From assembly GCA_031409655.1 (NCBI GenBank), contig JANNXQ010000012.1, forward strand, positions 1 through 64,000: a stretch of 64,000 bases of DNA. The letters run 5' to 3'. The first letter of the stretch is position 1; each line of letters starts with the position of its first letter. Origin of the DNA: Chthoniobacteraceae bacterium (GTDB lineage Bacteria; Verrucomicrobiota; Verrucomicrobiia; Chthoniobacterales; Chthoniobacteraceae). This document shows positions 59,801 to 64,000 of this stretch, in pieces. The notes below the pieces were generated by a model. That model was not told the DNA's origin. It searched no databases and saw nothing but the letters and a program-made list of their open reading frames with translations. The position numbers and the translations under genes were made by a program.

Positions 59801-59919
59801 ACGGTCGTGCCGATCAGCGCGACATTGATCAGCCGACCCTCCGGTCCACCATTCGTTCTCGAGAACCTGCGCAATTTACGCAGCGTCGGAATACGGTCGG
59901 CGGCTTCTGATTTCGGCAT
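56851..59919 (-). CDS. Hybrid sensor kinase: TM-CHASE3-TM-PAS-GAF-PAS-HisKA-HATPase-REC
   Basis: CHASE3-like (AQHAYLLGG...LEAF, GK.ILDGLR), two PAS, GAF (YP..V...FP.D, ESFVGMPL), AGGIAHDFNNIL, FDPYFTTK, GLGL, REC (LDDEE, ISDLTIPGGMGG, AKPY). Confidence 0.92.
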   Translation of the reverse strand: MPKSEAADRIPTLRKLRRFSRTNGGPEGRLINVALIGTTVIVVLAAIALFVAKLERTSESRRNDTLVSMRNLAEFEVALAKVEAAQHAYLLGGQSGQLEAFHNAAAALKATTLRLLPQLREKNGHHDTVRGFEREVERWLSTAALPEIEARKRSQEVTSLVARNTGKPILDGLRASTGQLLAEYEGASEAARQTTKLARTIQTLGATLVAVLAIGFIIAATVTGRKSFREYREKSDAVHAQTRAIIFTTLDGVVTLDDHGLILSMNPAAEKIFVQEEKAMVGQNISTLIPQRHLLHDMNGLSRGAMMAIGQRQGYYPFPIEISLSEMLVGTRKQFVAIIRDVTERSRSEDTLKHIGLGVSSATGEEFVRSLLKELSKALDQEFAFLVEMTGRGEEATTNLTLATKGVIQRTSQENLANTACGESLNKGFRIYPSSVRAKFPEDAILETLGAESFVGMPLVDQNQRTIGLIGVIDRKPLGETQVIESALQIIGARAGAEIVRKRIEEDLAAEKERLAVTLRSIGEGFITTNNEGNVLMLNAVAEQLIGLSQTRAIGKPLYEIFHLLHERTRKRCQHALARIVETGTSEDINYPAILVSSAGDERLVECSTSPIRNKSNRKEGVVIVFRDVTEKMRAAEEQQKAEKLESLGLLAGGIAHDFNNILTMIVGNVSLVLKSPGLSERSRLQLEEAGKATARAQELAQQLLPFAKGGAPVLQTISIAQLIRDTVACTLQGSKAWCESTFPDNLWPVDADPGQLSQVIHHLVLNADQAMPAGGTIRVVAENLELGDDEPDLMLRAGRWVRVSIRDEGIGIPEEYQQKIFDPYFTTKPKGAGLGLATAHRIIRNHGSSIVLESEPGMGSAFTTYLPASERELPSAPLPPPPVAETPARVLILDDEEAICMVIQYALEDLGHQVTITRDGKDTVAAYDAAMKEGKTFDLVISDLTIPGGMGGQETIKRLCEIDPEVRAIVSSGYANDPVISRYQDFGFTGMLAKPYPIDAMCRKVTEVLALPRQPKSVLQS

Positions 59920-59973
59920 TTGACCGATCCTCAAGCCGAATCCGTGCCTTGGCGGGCGGAAGCCGCTCGCGGG

Positions 59974-60504
59974 TCAGTAGGTCAAGAGTGCGCGGATGGG
60001 CGCATTTCCGAGCGCTTTCCGCCCTCCGAGAAACGCCAGTTCGATGAGGAACATGACCTCGACTAGATTGCCGCCCGCCCGCTGGATCAGCGCCAGCGCC
60101 GCTGCGGCCGTGCCGCCCGTGGCCAGCAGATCGTCGATCAGCACCACGCGCTCGCCCGGCGCGATCGCATCAGTATGCATCTCTACGGTCGCCTCCCCAT
60201 ACTCCAGCCGGTACGCCGCCGACTCGCAGTGGTAAGGCAGCTTGCCTTTCTTGCGCACCGGGACAAAGCCGACGCCCAGTTCATGCGCGACCGCCGCTCC
60301 GAAGATGAATCCCCGCGCGTCGATGGCGACGACTTTACCCACCGCCAGTTTGCGACAAGCGGCCACAAAGTGCGCGACGGCGATCCGAAACAACGCGGGA
60401 TCGGCAAGCACGGGAGTGATGTCTTTGAAGAGGATTCCCGGTTTGGGGAAGTCGGGCACATCACGGATGGCCGCGCGCAAGCGATCGAGATCGTCATTTT
60501 GCAT
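59974..60504 (-). CDS. apt: Adenine phosphoribosyltransferase
   Basis: IRDVPDFPKPGILFKDITP, DARGFIFG, VRKKGKLP, YRLEYG, IDDLLATGGT. Confidence 0.96.
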   Translation of the reverse strand: MQNDDLDRLRAAIRDVPDFPKPGILFKDITPVLADPALFRIAVAHFVAACRKLAVGKVVAIDARGFIFGAAVAHELGVGFVPVRKKGKLPYHCESAAYRLEYGEATVEMHTDAIAPGERVVLIDDLLATGGTAAAALALIQRAGGNLVEVMFLIELAFLGGRKALGNAPIRALLTY

Positions 60505-60601
60505 ACCGGCGGTTTTCGCAGAGGGGTGGGGGAGATGGCAAGATGCGCAGTGCCCAGCGCCAAAAGATTCGCCCGACGCCCTTCCACTGCCTGCCGCGCC
60601 G

Positions 60602-61255
60602 CTAGGCCGGCTGGGTGTGGAAGTAGTAGTCGAGAATGCGCGCCGGGTCCGCAGGCTGCGCATGGTGGTGCGCCACCGCATCCGCCGTGGGACCGAGGAG
60701 CTCGGCTGGGAGGCCGAGATCGTCATTCCCGTGGAGGAAGAGCGCCTTCAGGGAGTGCAGCTTCCGCAGTGAGTCGGGCAGGGTGCAGAGGAAATTCTCA
60801 GTGAGATCCAGCGTCTCAAGGCTGGTGAGTTCCCCCATCGATTCCGGAAGGTCGGTCATTTCATTGCAGGCCACATCGAGATGCCTGAGACGCGTGAGCG
60901 CGCCGATGATCTGCGGCAGACTCGTCAGGAGATTGCAGGAAACATCGAAGGCTTCGAGCGCCGCGAGCCGGCCCAGCGAAGTCGGCAGCCAGGTGATGCG
61001 ATTCCCGGAGGCTTCGATGGAGCGCAGGTTCGCGAGCCGCCCGAGCGCCGGCGGCAGGGTCGAGAGGTTGCTGCCGTGGTGCTCGATCTGGATACTTTCC
61101 AAGTCCAAGTGCTCCAGAGACACCAAGTCCCCGATGGATTCAGGGATTTCGTGGATATTAAGATCCCCGAGGATCAGCGTTTTCGCACCCAGCTTCAGCA
61201 CCCGAGAGATGCGATCTTCGGCAGAGTAGGCGGCGATTTGCACAGGTTTTTCCAT
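60602..61255 (-). CDS. Leucine-rich repeat protein (about seven 23-aa LRRs)
   Basis: Repeating LP.S(L/I)G.L..L..LDL..N.L.. units, ending LFLHGNDDLGLPAELLG...PARILDYYF. Confidence 0.88.
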   Translation of the reverse strand: MEKPVQIAAYSAEDRISRVLKLGAKTLILGDLNIHEIPESIGDLVSLEHLDLESIQIEHHGSNLSTLPPALGRLANLRSIEASGNRITWLPTSLGRLAALEAFDVSCNLLTSLPQIIGALTRLRHLDVACNEMTDLPESMGELTSLETLDLTENFLCTLPDSLRKLHSLKALFLHGNDDLGLPAELLGPTADAVAHHHAQPADPARILDYYFHTQPA

Positions 61256-61410
61256 TTTGGAGCCTCGGTTTCTGACCGTATTTACCTATTGAAATGCCGC
61301 TCCTTAGGCAAGGCCGAAGATATTTTTTGCGACGCCTGGCGCCCCGGGTTTTGGAATTGTCTGCGCCGCTGCATTGCGCTTCGTGCGAACCTCGCTATTT
61401 CATCCCCAAC

Positions 61411-62829
61411 GTGTTTGTCCTGCTTCGCCCTGCGTTTTGTGCCTTCCTGTGCTTGTTGTCGGGAGCTTTTGCCGCCGATTCAGGCGCTCTCAGTTTGCTG
61501 CGGCAGCTCGACGAGAGTTTCGTCCAAGTCTTCGAAAAGGTGGCGCCTTCGGTGGTGGTGATCGAAGCGGAGAAAAAGCCGGCGGAGGAGGAAGGCGATG
61601 AGGAGAAGGGCTTCGAGTTTTTCCTCCAGGGGGAAAAGGACGCGCGACGCGATGGCGCAGATCGCCAGTGGACGCTGCCGAATCGCAGCGAGGGCTCGGG
61701 TTTCATCATCCGCCCGGATGGGCTCATCCTCACGAATCACCATGTCGTCGCGGGCGCGAAGAGCATCAAGGTGCGGCTCAAGGACGGGCGGACTTTCCCT
61801 GCCAAGCCCTTTGCCGAGGACGAGAAAACCGATGTCGCCATCATCCGCATCGAAGCAAAAGGTCTCGTCGCCGCGGAGATCGGCGACAGCGATCGCGTGC
61901 GGGTCGGGCAGCTCGTCTGCGCGATCGGTGCGCCCTTCAGCCAAGCCTTCAGCTTCAGCGTCGGCTGGGTCAGCGGAAAAGGTCGCACGAACCTGCTCAG
62001 CCCGACCTCCAACACCATTTTGTACGAGGACTATTTGCAGACCGATACTTTCATCAATCCCGGGAACAGCGGCGGCCCGCTCTTTGATGTCGATGGCCGC
62101 GTCATCGGCATGAACACCCTGATCAATGGTATCGGGCGCGGCCTGGCCTTTGCCATCCCTTCAAACATGTTTCAGGAAGTCGTGAATGAATTGATCACCC
62201 ACGGAAAGGTCCATCGCGCGTGGCTCGGGGTGCGGATCGAGACCCTGAGTGAACACCCCGCGCTGCGCGGGCGGCTGGTCGGAATCGAACAAGGAGTCGT
62301 GGTCGAGACCATCGAGCCGAATTCGCCGGCCTTTATTAGTAACCTCCGCCCGGACGATGTGATCACCGAGGTGGACGGGGTGAAAGTGGTGGCGAAGCGC
62401 GAGCTGCAGAAGGAAATCTTGAAGAAGAAAGTCGGAGCCACCGTGCAGCTCACCGTCTGGCGGGCGGGCGGCAGTTTGCAAATCCCCGTGACCACCGGCG
62501 AACTGCCCAGCGATCCGGTTGTCGCGATAAAGGCGCGCCCCAAAAAATCTGGGAGCGACGCGAAATCCGAGAGCCTCGGCCTGAGACTCCGCGACGCCAA
62601 GCCCGACGGGGCGCTGGTGGAGAGCGTCACTCCTGGAAGCCCCGCGGATCGGGCGCTGATGCAGGGCGAAGATGTGATCAAAGAAGTGGAAGGTCGCGCC
62701 GTCCGGGACGCGGCCGCAGCGGCGGGAGCCATCGGCGATCGAGTCCGTACTGCGGGGGACAAGACCGTCTCGCTGTCCATCGAACGGAAGGGGAAACGGA
62801 TCCTCGTCGCGATCACGCCGGACGTTTAG
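61411..62829 (+). CDS. HtrA/DegP-family serine protease with two PDZ domains
   Basis: Signal peptide, GSGFII, LTNHHVV (His), TDVAII (Asp), INPGNSGGPL (Ser), AWLGV and two PDZ segments; GTG start at 61411 is tentative. Confidence 0.92.
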   Translation: MFVLLRPAFCAFLCLLSGAFAADSGALSLLRQLDESFVQVFEKVAPSVVVIEAEKKPAEEEGDEEKGFEFFLQGEKDARRDGADRQWTLPNRSEGSGFIIRPDGLILTNHHVVAGAKSIKVRLKDGRTFPAKPFAEDEKTDVAIIRIEAKGLVAAEIGDSDRVRVGQLVCAIGAPFSQAFSFSVGWVSGKGRTNLLSPTSNTILYEDYLQTDTFINPGNSGGPLFDVDGRVIGMNTLINGIGRGLAFAIPSNMFQEVVNELITHGKVHRAWLGVRIETLSEHPALRGRLVGIEQGVVVETIEPNSPAFISNLRPDDVITEVDGVKVVAKRELQKEILKKKVGATVQLTVWRAGGSLQIPVTTGELPSDPVVAIKARPKKSGSDAKSESLGLRLRDAKPDGALVESVTPGSPADRALMQGEDVIKEVEGRAVRDAAAAAGAIGDRVRTAGDKTVSLSIERKGKRILVAITPDV

Positions 62830-62887
62830 TGCGGCGGCAGGGACGGGAAGCTTGGTATCTTCCCGCGGAAAGCTATTTGTCTGCTTT

Positions 62888-64000
62888 GTGCGTGAATCCA
62901 CCCCCAAGCCCGCTGGCCTCAATCTCCGGCTGAAGATCATTCTCGCGATGGCGGTCGTCGCGCTCGTCGTGGTGGCGGCGATCCTTTTCACGACCTACCG
63001 CGCCCGCCAGAAGCAACTGCTCACCGAGTTTCAGTACTTCGTGCGGAGCGCCGCGGGCACTACCGCGCTGGCCCTGCGGGGCGGAGATCTCGCTGGCATC
63101 CGCACGAATGACGATGCGCGCAAGCCAGAGTTCCTCCGCGTGCGCGCCATGCTCGAGCATTCCCGAAGGATCAATGGACTCGAGGAGCATGAAATTTACA
63201 TCCTCCGTCCCATCGACGAGGGACGGGAGACGGAGTTTGTGGTCATGCTGCAGCGCGAGCCTTTTATCGGGAATCGCTACCGCATCCGCGAAGAGAATGT
63301 CGCCCCGCTCCTCGCGGCTTGGCAGACTTTGGAACCCACGAGCACGGGCATCTACCGCGACGAGCACGGCACCTGGATCAGCGGCTACGCGCCGATCCTG
63401 GACGCGAGTGATAAGCCGGTGGCGATCATTGAAGTGGATGCCGAAATGAGCCGCTATTTCATGAAGCAGCGCGAGGAACTGCTCTTCTCCATCGCCGTCG
63501 CGGCCGGTGCCTTGCTCGTCGCCATGGTGCCGGGCTTGATCCTCGCCAGCGGGATCACCGGCGGCTTGAAGCGCCTCTCGGCTGGGATGCGCCGCTTCCA
63601 ATCCGGCGACCCTGGCGTGCGCGTCGAGGCGCGGAGCGGCGATGAGATCGGGCAGCTTGCGGGGGTTTTCAATGACATGATCATAGGCCTCGAGGAAAAG
63701 CTCGCGCTGCTCCCCTACGTCTCGCGTTTCACCGCCGAAGCCGTCCGCCGCAGCCGGGATCAGCCCGATCTGCTCACTGGCGCCGAGGCGGAAGTCTATG
63801 TGCTCTTCGCCGATCTCCGCGGGTTCACGCGCTTCAGCGAACAGCGCGCGGCGAGCGTGCTGGTGCGGGAACTCAACCAACTCCTCAGCGTGCAGGCCGA
63901 TGTGGTGATCGGCGCGGGCGGCGATGTGGATAAGTTCATCGGCGACGCGGTCATGGCCGTTTTCCTCGAGCAAGACGATGCGGCGGCCCGGGTCTTCGAA
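62888..64000 (+). CDS. Membrane class III adenylate/guanylate cyclase (TM-periplasmic sensor-TM-HAMP-cyclase), truncated by window end
   Basis: My translation from GTG 62888 gives a TM, a Cache-like Y.DEHGTWISGYAPI, a second TM, HAMP (SGDEIGQLAGVFNDM), VLFADLRGFTRFSE and DKFIGDAVMAVF; no stop before 64000. Confidence 0.9.
   Translation, partial: MRESTPKPAGLNLRLKIILAMAVVALVVVAAILFTTYRARQKQLLTEFQYFVRSAAGTTALALRGGDLAGIRTNDDARKPEFLRVRAMLEHSRRINGLEEHEIYILRPIDEGRETEFVVMLQREPFIGNRYRIREENVAPLLAAWQTLEPTSTGIYRDEHGTWISGYAPILDASDKPVAIIEVDAEMSRYFMKQREELLFSIAVAAGALLVAMVPGLILASGITGGLKRLSAGMRRFQSGDPGVRVEARSGDEIGQLAGVFNDMIIGLEEKLALLPYVSRFTAEAVRRSRDQPDLLTGAEAEVYVLFADLRGFTRFSEQRAASVLVRELNQLLSVQADVVIGAGGDVDKFIGDAVMAVFLEQDDAAARVFE

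Overview
GC-rich bacterial chromosomal segment, most likely from a Verrucomicrobiota/PVC-group organism. This is an inference from the PQQ-like propeller paralogs, the DUF3500, YHYH, sulfatase and EF-hand/Gly-rich secreted proteins, and the Chlamydia-type RNR. It is mainly housekeeping: ppk1, nrdB-dcd-nrdA, hflKC, guaD, nadC-birA, ileS-lspA, nuoMN, tex, phoBR, topB, prmC-murA, apt, htrA and a truncated adenylate cyclase, interspersed with accessory genes. No rRNA, tRNA, CRISPR array, integrase or transposase was recognised. The most notable element is a ribonucleotide reductase operon whose beta subunit has the class Ic (Mn/Fe, tyrosyl-radical-free) signature with Leu at the radical-Tyr position. 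A dCTP deaminase gene is inserted between nrdB and nrdA, and the leader carries both a cobalamin riboswitch and a tandem pair of NrdR boxes. Other candidates for undescribed systems are: a beta-propeller + ubiquitin-like (MoaD/ThiS) pair converging on an Fe-S cluster (Asp-type rhodanese fusion, IscU, SufT); a YHYH/EF-hand/propeller secreted cluster; an orphan three-gene minor-pilin cassette; a sensor-less histidine kinase with an atypical H-box; a tiny secreted Cys-rich protein; and three distinct intergenic palindromic elements. Family assignments come from motif recognition by eye; no database search was run.
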